64,000 nucleotides of DNA from Nostoc sp. GTDB taxonomy: Bacteria; Cyanobacteriota; Cyanobacteriia; Cyanobacteriales; Nostocaceae. Location of the stretch: contig JBALDB010000069.1 in assembly GCA_036918135.1 (NCBI GenBank), positions 64,133 to 128,132 of the forward strand, written 5' to 3'. Under the pieces are notes generated by a model. The model saw only the letters and a list, made by a program, of their open reading frames with translations. It did no database searches and was not told the DNA's origin. Made by a program: the position numbers and the translations under genes. Shown in pieces: positions 1-9,751 of the stretch (position 1 is its first letter; the number at the start of each line of letters is the position of its first letter).

Positions 1-545
1 GCCAAAGCACCACCATTGCCTAAAATAATGCCAAAACGCAAAATTACTAGTCGCACACCAGTGTCTTTTACTTTTGCAGCTTCTGCTTCCCAAGCTTGGC
101 AAACTTGGGCGAGAAAATCGTTACCAGATAAACTGGTTTCATCAAAAGTAGCCGTTTCACTGGTGCCGTAATAGCCAATAGCCGAAGCGTTTACTAACAC
201 AGTTGGTTTAGGGTTAGCGTTGACTATCGCTTGGACAATTTTTTGTGTGCCTAGCTTGCGACTATTGAGGATTTCTTGCTTGCGTTCTGGTGTCCAGCGT
301 CCCTCACTAATGGGTTCTCCTGCCAGATTAACTACACCATCACAAAGTGCGATCGCACTTTGCCAAGAACCAGATTGAGTTGTATAAGCAACAATTTCTA
401 GATTAGGGAAAGCTTGAGACGGAAAAACTTTTTCAGCAAAAGCGGTGTTCCGAGTTAACACCAGTATTCTATGTCCTTCCTGGTGGAGTCGTTGTACCAA
501 AAGACTACCAACAAATCCTGTTGCTCCTGTAACTGCTACTTTCAT
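1..545 (-). CDS. TIGR01777-family NAD-dependent epimerase/oxidoreductase (ThyD-like), runs off the window edge
   Basis: Manual translation from ATG at 545: MKVAVTGATGFVGSLLVQRLHQEGH (Rossmann GxxGxxG); later VVNLAGEPI and VNASAIGYYG. Confidence 0.85.
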   Translation of the reverse strand, partial: MKVAVTGATGFVGSLLVQRLHQEGHRILVLTRNTAFAEKVFPSQAFPNLEIVAYTTQSGSWQSAIALCDGVVNLAGEPISEGRWTPERKQEILNSRKLGTQKIVQAIVNANPKPTVLVNASAIGYYGTSETATFDETSLSGNDFLAQVCQAWEAEAAKVKDTGVRLVILRFGIILGNGGAL

Positions 546-738
546 TTTTTACCTCTGCCAAAGCCTTATTTTAAAGTTTTTTATCAAATTTTCAGTTTAC
601 GGTACTGTCTTTGTAGATAAAACAGATGATGATTGTATATCTCGTACCGATTAATCTGAAAACGAAAAAACTTTGCATTTCTGTTTAGATGCTTCGGTAT
701 TATAGGATGGACAGAGTGTTGCAAGGCGTGGGGCTATT

Positions 739-1086
739 ATGGGTCGCTATACCTGTTCATTTCTTGTTTCTGTTCCTAGTGACCATCTTCAGCCGTTACT
801 TGTAGAACTTCTACAGGACTATCAGTTGGATATTCAATACCAGATGAGCGATTACATTATCGCTCGTGAGTTTCCTGGTAATGTTTCTTTTTCTAAATTG
901 GTCACAGTGGAAGTACTGGTTGATAAATCAAAAAGTACGGAAACAGAAACCCGGATGAGTATTGTAATTAAAAATGAAGAGCTGCCACTGCAAGTGGATA
1001 ATTACTGCCGACAAATGTTTGAATCGATCAAGCAGGCGATCGAAACTAGCCGTCATTGGCATTTGATTGAAAGTCTTGCGGGATAG
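739..1086 (+). CDS. Hypothetical protein, 115 aa
   Basis: Clean ATG ORF followed by a terminator-like hairpin. Confidence 0.75.
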   Translation: MGRYTCSFLVSVPSDHLQPLLVELLQDYQLDIQYQMSDYIIAREFPGNVSFSKLVTVEVLVDKSKSTETETRMSIVIKNEELPLQVDNYCRQMFESIKQAIETSRHWHLIESLAG

Positions 1087-1102
1087 TTTTGATAGTGATG
1101 CC

Positions 1103-1129
1103 CCCACGGCTTCGGACTGTGGGATTTTC
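1103..1129 (+). terminator. Putative intrinsic terminator
   Basis: cccacgg-cttcgga-ctgtggg followed by a T-rich tract, just after the stop at 1086. Confidence 0.5.
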
Positions 1130-1184
1130 TGACTTTTATTAGTAGGCTTTCCATTTTAAGGACGTGAGAAATTATTTATACATT

Positions 1185-1212
1185 TGTAGGGGCGCAAGGT
1201 CTTGCCCCTACA
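1185..1212. repeat. REP-like palindrome
   Basis: tgtaggggc...gcccctaca, 9-bp arms, GTAG-headed. Confidence 0.6.
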
Positions 1213-1215
1213 ATA

Positions 1216-1745
1216 AATGGTATTCCGGTTGAATTTGTATTTATGCCTGTAGTGCAACGGAAGTGCGTGCCTTAAATGCTCTACCATTAAATTTACCATT
1301 CGGTAGTGAAGTATATAGTGATGCAGCCTATACAGATTATCATGCTGAAGATGACCTTTTTGACTCATCTCAGATTAAGTTGAAAGTAATGCGGAAAAAG
1401 AACTCTAAACGTCAGGATGAGCCGTGGAATCAGTATATCAAGCAATGTACTCGACAAAACAAAAGAAACGGTATTTAGTAGCATCACTTGTGTCTTTCCA
1501 AAGTCAATCCATGCAGTTACCTACGAAGGGTTCTTACTCAAGTTAGAAGCATTCATTTTTGCTTTTATTTTGAAACAAGCATTTATTGAATGAGTAAAAT
1601 ATAATGCTTTAATCTCATTCAGTATTTGTGTTTTAGAGTTAGTTGAAGCGACGGTTGCACAATGCACAACCGCTACTTCGTCGTGAACGATTGCACGACT
1701 ATTCAAGTGCAAAGTATCAACAGCTAGATAACCCGCAACTTAGGT
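1216..1745 (+). mobile_element. IS982-family transposase remnant (3' part, two frameshifts) with probable right end
   Basis: Joined frames read NGIPVEFVFMP/SATEVRALNALPLNLPFGSEVYSDAAYTDY...RKKNSKR.../ETVFSSITCVFPKSIHAVTYEGFLLKL; candidate end gcaacttaggt at 1735-1745. Confidence 0.75.
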
Positions 1746-1758
1746 TAGTAGTTGTAAT

Positions 1759-2199
1759 TCAGTCTACTAAATCCTCTAAATCCTCGGTCATACCGGGGTT
1801 TATTAATGTAATATCATACTCACTCGAATCCGTTTGCCCCAAACGCTGACTATTTCTTAACAGATAATAAATGGCACGTACTTGAGGACCAAAAACGATC
1901 TCGTCTTCATTTTTTAGATCGTGGGCTGGCATCTTGCGTCCATTAATCATCAAACCGTTGGAACTAGGCTTTCCTTTGGCATCGCCATCTACAATTCGAT
2001 AATAGTAGCTATGAGTATTATGCTCTCGTGGCAATCTCACTAATGTGGCATGGCGGCGGGAGACAAACTGCGACATCAAACGGATATTACATTCGCGGTC
2101 TCTACCAATAGAATAGACGGGCTGCTCCAAAGAAAATTCCTTGCGACCTTGATCGTCTTCAATAATCAGTAGATGGTTTTCATTAATTTCTGCTGCCAT
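1759..2199 (-). CDS. FHA domain protein
   Basis: YSIGR, VSRRHA, SSNGLMING FHA motifs; ATG at 2199 preferred over the longer ORF start. Confidence 0.9.
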   Translation of the reverse strand: MAAEINENHLLIIEDDQGRKEFSLEQPVYSIGRDRECNIRLMSQFVSRRHATLVRLPREHNTHSYYYRIVDGDAKGKPSSNGLMINGRKMPAHDLKNEDEIVFGPQVRAIYYLLRNSQRLGQTDSSEYDITLINPGMTEDLEDLVD

Positions 2200-2366
2200 T
2201 GACAAATCGTTGCTAAAATCGGTGGAACTTTGATTAATCAAGATTTGTTTAATATCGTATCTTGCCATTCTCACGCACCGTAGTTTGTGGCGGCAATTTT
2301 AATCAGCTTTAAAACTGCATAATACCTTGAAAAAGTAGAACATGACCGTTCTACTCATCCTTTGTT

Positions 2367-2572
2367 ATTAGTCATTGGTCATTAGTCATTTGTTCTTTGT
2401 CCTCTGTTGCAAAGTCCCAATCTCAGGAAGCCTGAGCTTTTGACTTTGCCTTTGTCATTGTCTTGTTAATCCAAAACTAATGACCAATGACCAATGACTT
2501 TTTTGACTTTGCGCTTTGTTATTGTCTTATTTGTCCAAAACTAATGACTAATGACTAATGACTTTTGACTTT
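2367..2572. repeat. STRR2-type heptamer repeats with a tandem ~63-bp duplication
   Basis: tagtcat/tggtcat arrays and inverse atgacta/atgacca; unit ttttgactttgc...tccaaaactaatgac occurs twice. Confidence 0.75.
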
Positions 2573-2590
2573 CCCGCAGGGACTGACCTT

Positions 2591-5125
2591 TTACGAGTGA
2601 TGAGCCAAGCGCCGTAATAAAATTGAGTTTGTGACAACGCTAACAGAGCTAAAAGCCATTAATGCGGCAGCGCCCGATGGGTTAAGCACAAAACCGAGAC
2701 TAGGGAACAAAACACCTGCTGCTAAAGGAATACCAACTGTATTATATGCAAAAGCCCAAAAGAGATTTTGGCGGATTTTGTTGAAGGTAGCGCGACTAAG
2801 TTGAATAGATTCAACGACATCGTTTAAGCGATCGCGCATTAGGACAATTTCAGCAGTTTCCATCGCCACATCAGTCCCGGAGTATAAAGCAATTCCGACA
2901 TCAGCTTGGGATAAAGCTGGAGCATCATTGATGCCATCACCGACCATTGCGACTACTGAGTGGCTGGCGCTGAGTGAGGAGTTTTCTTTGCCTCTTTGTC
3001 CCCGCGTCCCTTCTAACTGGAGAACTTGTATAGCAGCCGCTTTCTTAGCCGGGGGAACACCTGCGATCGCATCGGCGCTATCTAATCCTAATTGTTTGGC
3101 TATGGTGTTGGCTGCTTCTAGGCGATCGCCACTGAGCAGCATTACCCGTAGGCCCATCTGACGTAACTTGTCTACGGTAGTTTTGGCATCTGGTCTGAGA
3201 GGATCGCAAACAGCAATCATTCCGGCTAAAGTTCCCCTAACTGCTACAAAAACCACTGTTTTTCCAGATGTTGCCCAATCCTGTGCTACTTGTTGTGCAG
3301 TTGCGCTTATGGCAATCCCATGCCAACTCAACCAGTCTGAATTACCTAACAACACAACTTTGCCCTCTACTACAGCGGACACCCCCAGTCCTGGTTCTGT
3401 GTGAAAGTCCACAGCTTCTGGAATCGATAACTCCTGCCGCTGTGCTTCTTGCTGAATTGCTTTTGCTAGGGGATGATGAGTACCGCTTTCTACGGCTGCG
3501 GCTAGTTGTATTAGGGATTGGGAAGACGAACAAGGGTGGGGTGCAGGGGGCAGAGGAGAAAACTCTTGTTTCTTGCTAAGAGATCCTTGCTCCCCTGCTT
3601 CTTCCCCAGTAAAGAGTCCCTCAATTAACAAGCAATCCGTAACGATGGGATTACCTGTAGTCAATGTACCAGTTTTATCAAAAACTACGGTGTTTAACTG
3701 ATGTATTTTTTCTAAAACGTCGCCGCCTTTGATTAATAGACCCCGTTCTGCGCCCATACCAGTGCCGACAAGAATGGCTGTTGGTGTAGCAAGTCCCAAA
3801 GCACAGGGACAGGCGACTACCATCACGGCGATCGCTAACTTTAAGCTAACTAGGAGTGGGGAGTGGGTAGAGACACCATTAATCGCGTCTGTACTGAGTA
3901 AGGAGTGGTGAGCCATTTCCATGCCACCAGACATGGTGACATCACTCCAGATGTGAGTACCAAAAAAGTACCAAAAGATAAATGTCAATACAGATGCTGT
4001 CAGCACCCCGTAGGTAAAGTAACCTGCTACTGTATCTGCTAATTTCTGTACCGGGGCTTTGCGAGTTTGGGCAGCTTCTACTAGGGCAACAATTTGGGCT
4101 AAAGTTGTATCACTGCCGACACGTGTTGCTCGAATAGCCATCGCCCCTGTCTGGTTTAGCGTTCCGGCTGTCACTAGATCTCCCGGCTGCTTGCTCACTG
4201 GTACTGCTTCCCCAGTCAACATCGATTCATCAATTGTTGTTTGACCAGCTACGACTTCGCCATCAACGGGGATTTTATCACCTGGCAGCACCTGTAACCA
4301 TTCTCCAACCCGCACCTGTTCGGCGGGAATCTCAACACTAGAAAACCCAACTCCTGTTTTTTCTGGGTTGGCAATTAACCGCGCTAAGAGTGGTTGGAGT
4401 GCCAACATTTGTCTAAATGCGGCAGCAGCACGACCTCTAGCTTGTTGCTCTAGCGTCCTTCCTAATAAAATAAAGCCCAGCATCATTACTGGTTCGTCAA
4501 AAAAGCACTCCCAACCCATTTGGGGAAACAGCAGCGCTACTAAACTAGCAATGTAAGCTGTGAGAGTTCCCAATCCCACTAGCGTGTTCATGTTAGGTGC
4601 GTTTCGCCGCCACCCCAGCCAACCATCTACTAAAATCGGGCGACCGGGAATTAATATAGCGATCGTTGCTAGTCCACAGTGGAACCAGATGTTATTCAAC
4701 ACGGGCAGCACTGAGCTGCCGATATTACCAAAATGTCCACTTGCCGACAACACAAGCAACAGAGCAGCGATGGCTAATTGCCTGAGTGAAGATCGCATTT
4801 GTTGGCGTTGTCGTTGTGCCGGGTCTGCTAGGTTAGATATCTCGCCTGCTACTGTCAGACTGGCTTTTCGTGGTTGAGTCGGGAATCCAACGTCTGTTAA
4901 ATGCTTTGCCAGCGCATCTGCATCTACGACACCAGCTTGTGACTCTACAACTGCTACTTCTGTCGCCAGGTTGACGCTGGCACTTTTGACTCCTGGATGT
5001 TGGGTTAGCTGTCGCTCTACTGCGTTCACACACCCAGCACACTTCATACCTCCAACATCGAGAATAATTTTCTCTAGAATTGGAGCAAATTCTTGGTCTA
5101 CCTTAGTTTTGGGAACAAGTTGCAT
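2591..5125 (-). CDS. ctaA: Cu(I)-translocating P1B-type ATPase (CtaA type)
   Basis: GMKCAGC metal-binding domain, TGE, CPC, DKTGT, HP, GDGIND, YN and MAFSS motifs. Confidence 0.9.
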   Translation of the reverse strand: MQLVPKTKVDQEFAPILEKIILDVGGMKCAGCVNAVERQLTQHPGVKSASVNLATEVAVVESQAGVVDADALAKHLTDVGFPTQPRKASLTVAGEISNLADPAQRQRQQMRSSLRQLAIAALLLVLSASGHFGNIGSSVLPVLNNIWFHCGLATIAILIPGRPILVDGWLGWRRNAPNMNTLVGLGTLTAYIASLVALLFPQMGWECFFDEPVMMLGFILLGRTLEQQARGRAAAAFRQMLALQPLLARLIANPEKTGVGFSSVEIPAEQVRVGEWLQVLPGDKIPVDGEVVAGQTTIDESMLTGEAVPVSKQPGDLVTAGTLNQTGAMAIRATRVGSDTTLAQIVALVEAAQTRKAPVQKLADTVAGYFTYGVLTASVLTFIFWYFFGTHIWSDVTMSGGMEMAHHSLLSTDAINGVSTHSPLLVSLKLAIAVMVVACPCALGLATPTAILVGTGMGAERGLLIKGGDVLEKIHQLNTVVFDKTGTLTTGNPIVTDCLLIEGLFTGEEAGEQGSLSKKQEFSPLPPAPHPCSSSQSLIQLAAAVESGTHHPLAKAIQQEAQRQELSIPEAVDFHTEPGLGVSAVVEGKVVLLGNSDWLSWHGIAISATAQQVAQDWATSGKTVVFVAVRGTLAGMIAVCDPLRPDAKTTVDKLRQMGLRVMLLSGDRLEAANTIAKQLGLDSADAIAGVPPAKKAAAIQVLQLEGTRGQRGKENSSLSASHSVVAMVGDGINDAPALSQADVGIALYSGTDVAMETAEIVLMRDRLNDVVESIQLSRATFNKIRQNLFWAFAYNTVGIPLAAGVLFPSLGFVLNPSGAAALMAFSSVSVVTNSILLRRLAHHS

Positions 5126-5235
5126 GGCAAATGTTTAGATTCGCTACGAAAATTCAACGCCTGAGTAAAAGCGTCTCTAATTCGAGCGTAGGCGAAATAT
5201 GGAACTACGACTGTATGTCAACCATATTAAATTTA

Positions 5236-5439
5236 TTAATTTATCGTACCGTGCTGAGCGTCACGACGGCTCCAGCGTATATAAGTTACATAGATAATAG
5301 CCGTAACCTGCAATGGCATCAGGATAATTAGGCTTCTCAAAAAATAGTTGATTTCCAAATGAGACATCATACTGAAATACCCTATGCCTAACAAGAAAAA
5401 CATAGTCCAGCTAAGCAGTTTAGGTTTGACAACAACCAT
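5236..5439 (-). CDS. Small membrane protein, two hydrophobic segments
   Basis: 67-aa ATG ORF with two TM-like stretches. Confidence 0.6.
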   Translation of the reverse strand: MVVVKPKLLSWTMFFLLGIGYFSMMSHLEINYFLRSLIILMPLQVTAIIYVTYIRWSRRDAQHGTIN

Positions 5440-5577
5440 ATCAATCAGAATAAATATAAAAGCGCTGTATAACAGCTATAGATAAATCAGCTTAGTAAAG
5501 CAGAGCGTAAATCTAGCTACCTTTTCAAACAAGGGGCTTAGGCCCCTTATTTAATCTAGGCATTCTGCCACAATGTA

Positions 5578-5853
5578 CTAGAACCAACCCTGCTTATTCA
5601 CAAAGTAGGTATTTACAAATTCTTCAGGAGACTTATTCAAGTAAATCGTGCCTTCAATTAAACCTACAAGTTGCATAATCAATAAGGCAACACCATAAGT
5701 AAAAGAACCTCCAATTACAGAAATCGCCAACATAATAAAGCCTTCTAAGGCATATCCAAGAATAAACTTATGAACGCCAAATCCTCCAAGAATAATGCCA
5801 CAGTAACCAGCTAAAAGTTGTTTGGTAGGGTGACTGGGATTGAGATTTGCCAT
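5578..5853 (-). CDS. TM2 domain membrane protein
   Basis: LAGYCGIILGGFGVHKFILGY signature; aggag RBS upstream. Confidence 0.9.
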   Translation of the reverse strand: MANLNPSHPTKQLLAGYCGIILGGFGVHKFILGYALEGFIMLAISVIGGSFTYGVALLIMQLVGLIEGTIYLNKSPEEFVNTYFVNKQGWF

Positions 5854-6596
5854 ATAAATGCTACTCCTTAATAAGTGAGGTATAAAATAAAGTCTTTATG
5901 GGAATAAAAGTGAGTAAATATATTTGGTAAGCAAATATATTTTTTATTTTTTAGTATGAATAAGCACCAAGATACATGACTAAAATCAGCGTGCTTCTAG
6001 TGTATAGGTAACGCTGAGAATATGAGACATAAAATGTCTTTCAACACCACCTAAAAATCTCTAGTTCATTAAGGGTTTTGGTGGATTCGGTCGCAAATTC
6101 TAGTACGCCAATTGTAGAGATTTTTAGCCAAGACTTTTATCTTGAGAATAATCAATCTCAGTCATCAGCAACAACTGCTATGCACACAACTTTTTACAAG
6201 TCCATCAGTATTATTTCCGGAGTTTTTTCCGATCGCAGCAATAACCAGTATTGGTAGTCTGATTAGTACAAATATATTATTGTAACTTCTTTTCAGTTAT
6301 CAATCACTATTTACACGAGTGCAAACGGATTCTCAATCGAAATTAATTACAGACACAAATCAACTTGGTAAACCAATTAACATCTCAAAAATGGCTAAAG
6401 TCACTCGGATGAGAATAAATGCTTAGCTATATAGTTTGTTGTCTATGTTCAAAGCATTACTTAATTTGCTTTTGCTATTGTTTATTTGGCTTTTAGCAAG
6501 TATTTACATTTACAACCAATTATAACTAGTAAATTGTTGCTATCTATGGAGATAAAATCAGATATTTCCATTTTTAGCAACAGTGTTAAATTAGTA

Positions 6597-8186
6597 TTAA
6601 TGGCTACCTAAAATAAATAGGCTTAATAATGTACCGCTATTCCAGAGGCTGTGGAGGAGCATAGGAGCAAGGAGATTGCGCGATCGCGTGTAGACTACCC
6701 CCAATACAACGCCCAACGCAGTCAGTGGTAGAATTTCCGATAAACTTAGGTGAGCGATCGCAAACAATAAACTACTGACCAGAATTGAGGCCCACACGGG
6801 TAAATAGCGGGTAAGAGAGGGAAGCAAAAAGCCGCGAAACAGAAGTTCTTCAAAAAATGGAGCCGCGATCGCTGCTGTAAAGAAAAATATGCCAAGTGCT
6901 ACACCATCTTGACTTTCGAGAGCTAGTTGCAATAGGGGATTGCTACCACCTTGTCCTTGCCAGAGTTGTTGATTAATTAAAGATACTACTACAACTATAG
7001 GTAAAGCAGTGCAATAACCCCCTAGTCCCCACAAAAACCACTTATCTTGAAAGCGCAGGCGAAACCAGAATTCTGGGAGTGGAAAAAAGCGTTTAATAGA
7101 AAAATACAGCACCAATAACGCACCTGATGCTACCAGTATGTAACTAACTAAAACTGAAAAAGCTTGAAGTCGCACATCAGTAACAGGACGTTCTATAGGG
7201 AGCAACGATAGCAGTGCGGGGACAAAAAGTTGTCCCATGAAGAAAAAGCCCAGGACAAAAACCTGCAAAACCGTTTCCCCATCCCAAGGCGTTGACCAAG
7301 GTAAATCAGCATTTTGACTTAATAAAGAAGCTTTTCCTTTGAGCAAACGTTGAGCAAATAAGAAAATCAGCAGTATTAGACCAATTAATGCTGCCAAAGT
7401 GGGAATAGTACCAATAATTGCTAATTTCAACACTGCACTCGTAGCAGCTTCTTGTTGTGCAGCTTTAACTGCTGATAAAGCTTGTTGTCGTTGCTGAAGT
7501 TGATATAGCCGAATCAAAGCAGTAGAGCTAAACCAACCTTCTAAATTCTTTTGAATCGGTTGTTGAGCATTGGGGAGCAGCCGGGGAGGATTACTCCACA
7601 GTCCACTCAATATAGCAGCAGTTTGCCCAAATTCTGGATTGATATCTGAGCGCTTTTGTAATTCGTTCCAAGTTTTCAGGGCTACATCCGTCTGTCCTTG
7701 CTGTGCTTGTAAAATTCCTAACCGCAAGTCTAATTCAGCTAGTAATTTTTCTAGTTTGTTAACGGACTGCTGTAACTGTTGCTGCTGTCCTTGTTGCTGT
7801 GTTTGTTGAGAAGTTTTTGTAGTAGGAGAAACGTCTGGTAGAGGTTTAGGAGGTATAGGAGTTATTTCCGGTTGAGATCGTAACTGTGCAAGTTTGCTGT
7901 TAACTTTATCTAAATTAGTTTGAACAGATTGATGCGCCTCCTGATACTGCTTTGTAGCACTTTCTAGAGGTTGGTCGCCAAGTATCGCTTCTCGAATCGC
8001 CTGGAGATTGTCATCGCTACTATCTTCTGATTGCCAAGCTTGGGCTTGTAAAGCGATATTAGTTTGGTAGAGTTCTAAGCGACTTTGAAACTGAGGTTCT
8101 TGCCAACTACCAAATAAAGACAAAACTGCCAACAGAACTGCTATTGGCGTCATGATAAAAGTTAAAATCAACCGCTTGATTGTCAT
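6597..8186 (-). CDS. CPBP (CAAX/Abi) family intramembrane glutamic endopeptidase
   Basis: APFFEELLFRG, FAIAH, LHSLWN motifs. Confidence 0.92.
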   Translation of the reverse strand: MTIKRLILTFIMTPIAVLLAVLSLFGSWQEPQFQSRLELYQTNIALQAQAWQSEDSSDDNLQAIREAILGDQPLESATKQYQEAHQSVQTNLDKVNSKLAQLRSQPEITPIPPKPLPDVSPTTKTSQQTQQQGQQQQLQQSVNKLEKLLAELDLRLGILQAQQGQTDVALKTWNELQKRSDINPEFGQTAAILSGLWSNPPRLLPNAQQPIQKNLEGWFSSTALIRLYQLQQRQQALSAVKAAQQEAATSAVLKLAIIGTIPTLAALIGLILLIFLFAQRLLKGKASLLSQNADLPWSTPWDGETVLQVFVLGFFFMGQLFVPALLSLLPIERPVTDVRLQAFSVLVSYILVASGALLVLYFSIKRFFPLPEFWFRLRFQDKWFLWGLGGYCTALPIVVVVSLINQQLWQGQGGSNPLLQLALESQDGVALGIFFFTAAIAAPFFEELLFRGFLLPSLTRYLPVWASILVSSLLFAIAHLSLSEILPLTALGVVLGVVYTRSRNLLAPMLLHSLWNSGTLLSLFILGSH

Positions 8187-8497
8187 CTATCCCCCTTTTA
8201 CTGTACTCAGTGGTGAGTGGAGAGTATGGAGTGGGGAGTTACGAGTTATTATTCTTATCTTGCTTCCCCAGTTCCCTCATCCTCGCGTTCCTTCTGTTTG
8301 CGTCTACCTTGGGAATTATCGCAAGAAAAAGTCAGAGGTGGATAGATATTATGAATATTATGATGCTATCAGTCTGCGATTGCACCCACAATGTAAAATT
8401 ACAACCCATTGCACTGCTTACCTTCCGCTCTGCGATCTACCCGATTCTGACGCTCGATTTGTGGATAATCAACTGAAAGTTTAAATTACCATCATAA

Positions 8498-9568
8498 TTG
8501 TGTTTATATAAACATGAAACCGCACACAACGAGGAGGATAATAACGTGAAAATCTTGCCAGTTGTAAATGAACGGTTTTTGCAGATTCCGATCGTTGATA
8601 TTAGCGCCTTGGTTTCTAAAACTGGTGAACGCCACACAGTCGCTTCTCAAATCAATCGAGCATGTTGCAAGTGTGGGTTTTTCTATATCGTTGGACATGG
8701 CATAGACGAAGATTTACAGCAACGCTTAGAACTACTGAGCCGACAATTTTTCGCCCAGGATTTAGAAACTAAATTGAAAATCCGCATGGCTTTGGGTGGT
8801 AAAGCATGGCGGGGGTATTTCCCGGTCGGTGGCGAATTGACATCGGGTAAACCAGACCAAAAAGAAGGTATTTACTTTGGTGCAGAACTGGGAAAGGAAC
8901 ATCCATTAGTGCAAGATGATACTCCTATGCATGGTTCTAACCTCTTCCCATCTAATATTCCACTGTTTTGTGAAACAGTACTTGAATATATGGAGGCAAT
9001 GACTCAGCTCGGGCACACGCTGATGGCTGGTATTGCTCTGAGTTTGGGACTGGAAGAATCTTATTTTGCTGACCGTTACACAGCAGACCCACTGATATTA
9101 TTCCGTATTTTTAATTACCCCGCTTATTCATCACCGTTAGATTCTGAAGATAAGTGGGGAGTTGGCGAACATACTGATTACGGTATCCTAACTATTCTCA
9201 AGCAGGATGATTCAGGCGGATTGCAGGTGAAATCAAGATCGGGTTGGGTTGCTGCGTCTCCTATTCCTAATTCTTTTGTGTGTAATATTGGCGATATGCT
9301 AGACCGAATGACAGGAGGTTTGTATCGTTCTACACCTCATCGAGTTCAGAATCTGTCAGGACGCGATCGCCTTTCGTTCCCCTTTTTCTTCGATCCAAAT
9401 TTTAATGCTGAGGTAAAGCTGATTGAATTGGACGGCGTATTGATAAATGACGACAAAAAGGAACGCTGGGATCGGGTTAGCGTTCACGATTTTCACGGAA
9501 CCTACGGTGATTATCTGTTGAATAAGGTATCTAAGGTTTTTCCAGAGTTGCGACGGACGGTTTTATAG
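8498..9568 (+). CDS. 2-oxoglutarate/Fe(II) dioxygenase, isopenicillin N synthase-like (start uncertain)
   Basis: IPIVDI, GFFYIVGHG, HTD...H (HTDYG, TPHRV) and RLS motifs. Confidence 0.9.
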   Translation: MCLYKHETAHNEEDNNVKILPVVNERFLQIPIVDISALVSKTGERHTVASQINRACCKCGFFYIVGHGIDEDLQQRLELLSRQFFAQDLETKLKIRMALGGKAWRGYFPVGGELTSGKPDQKEGIYFGAELGKEHPLVQDDTPMHGSNLFPSNIPLFCETVLEYMEAMTQLGHTLMAGIALSLGLEESYFADRYTADPLILFRIFNYPAYSSPLDSEDKWGVGEHTDYGILTILKQDDSGGLQVKSRSGWVAASPIPNSFVCNIGDMLDRMTGGLYRSTPHRVQNLSGRDRLSFPFFFDPNFNAEVKLIELDGVLINDDKKERWDRVSVHDFHGTYGDYLLNKVSKVFPELRRTVL

Positions 9569-9702
9569 AATTTTGAAGATATTTTTCTCATCCCAACTTT
9601 TTTAAGGCGATTGCGCTACTTTGAAAAATTACTTAGCTTTTAACATGATGAATTGCTTTAACTAATTCGTCTTTGTTCATTTTGCTTTGACCTAAAAAAA
9701 TT

Positions 9703-9735
9703 CCCGTTGCCATCACAATTGACAACGGGAGTTTA
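9703..9735. terminator. Hairpin between convergent genes
   Basis: cccgttg...caacggg flanked by A and T tracts. Confidence 0.55.
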
Positions 9736-9751
9736 TTAGATTTTATATTAA

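Noticed and set aside
2928..4877. Numerous short ORFs antisense to ctaA (likewise within psbA, ppc, icd, modBC)
   Set aside because: Shadow frames of well-supported genes
6500..6513. NtcA site GTA-N8-TAC
   Set aside because: Matches the consensus, but there is no properly spaced TAN3T on either side and it is far from a start codon; likely chance in AT-rich DNA
6597..8186. CPBP protease as part of a bacteriocin/RiPP or abortive-infection system
   Set aside because: No precursor peptide, modification enzyme or exporter seen nearby
8152..8484. Short plus-strand ORFs between the CPBP and dioxygenase genes
   Set aside because: Overlap the CPBP start and repeat-rich promoter DNA; no recognisable motifs
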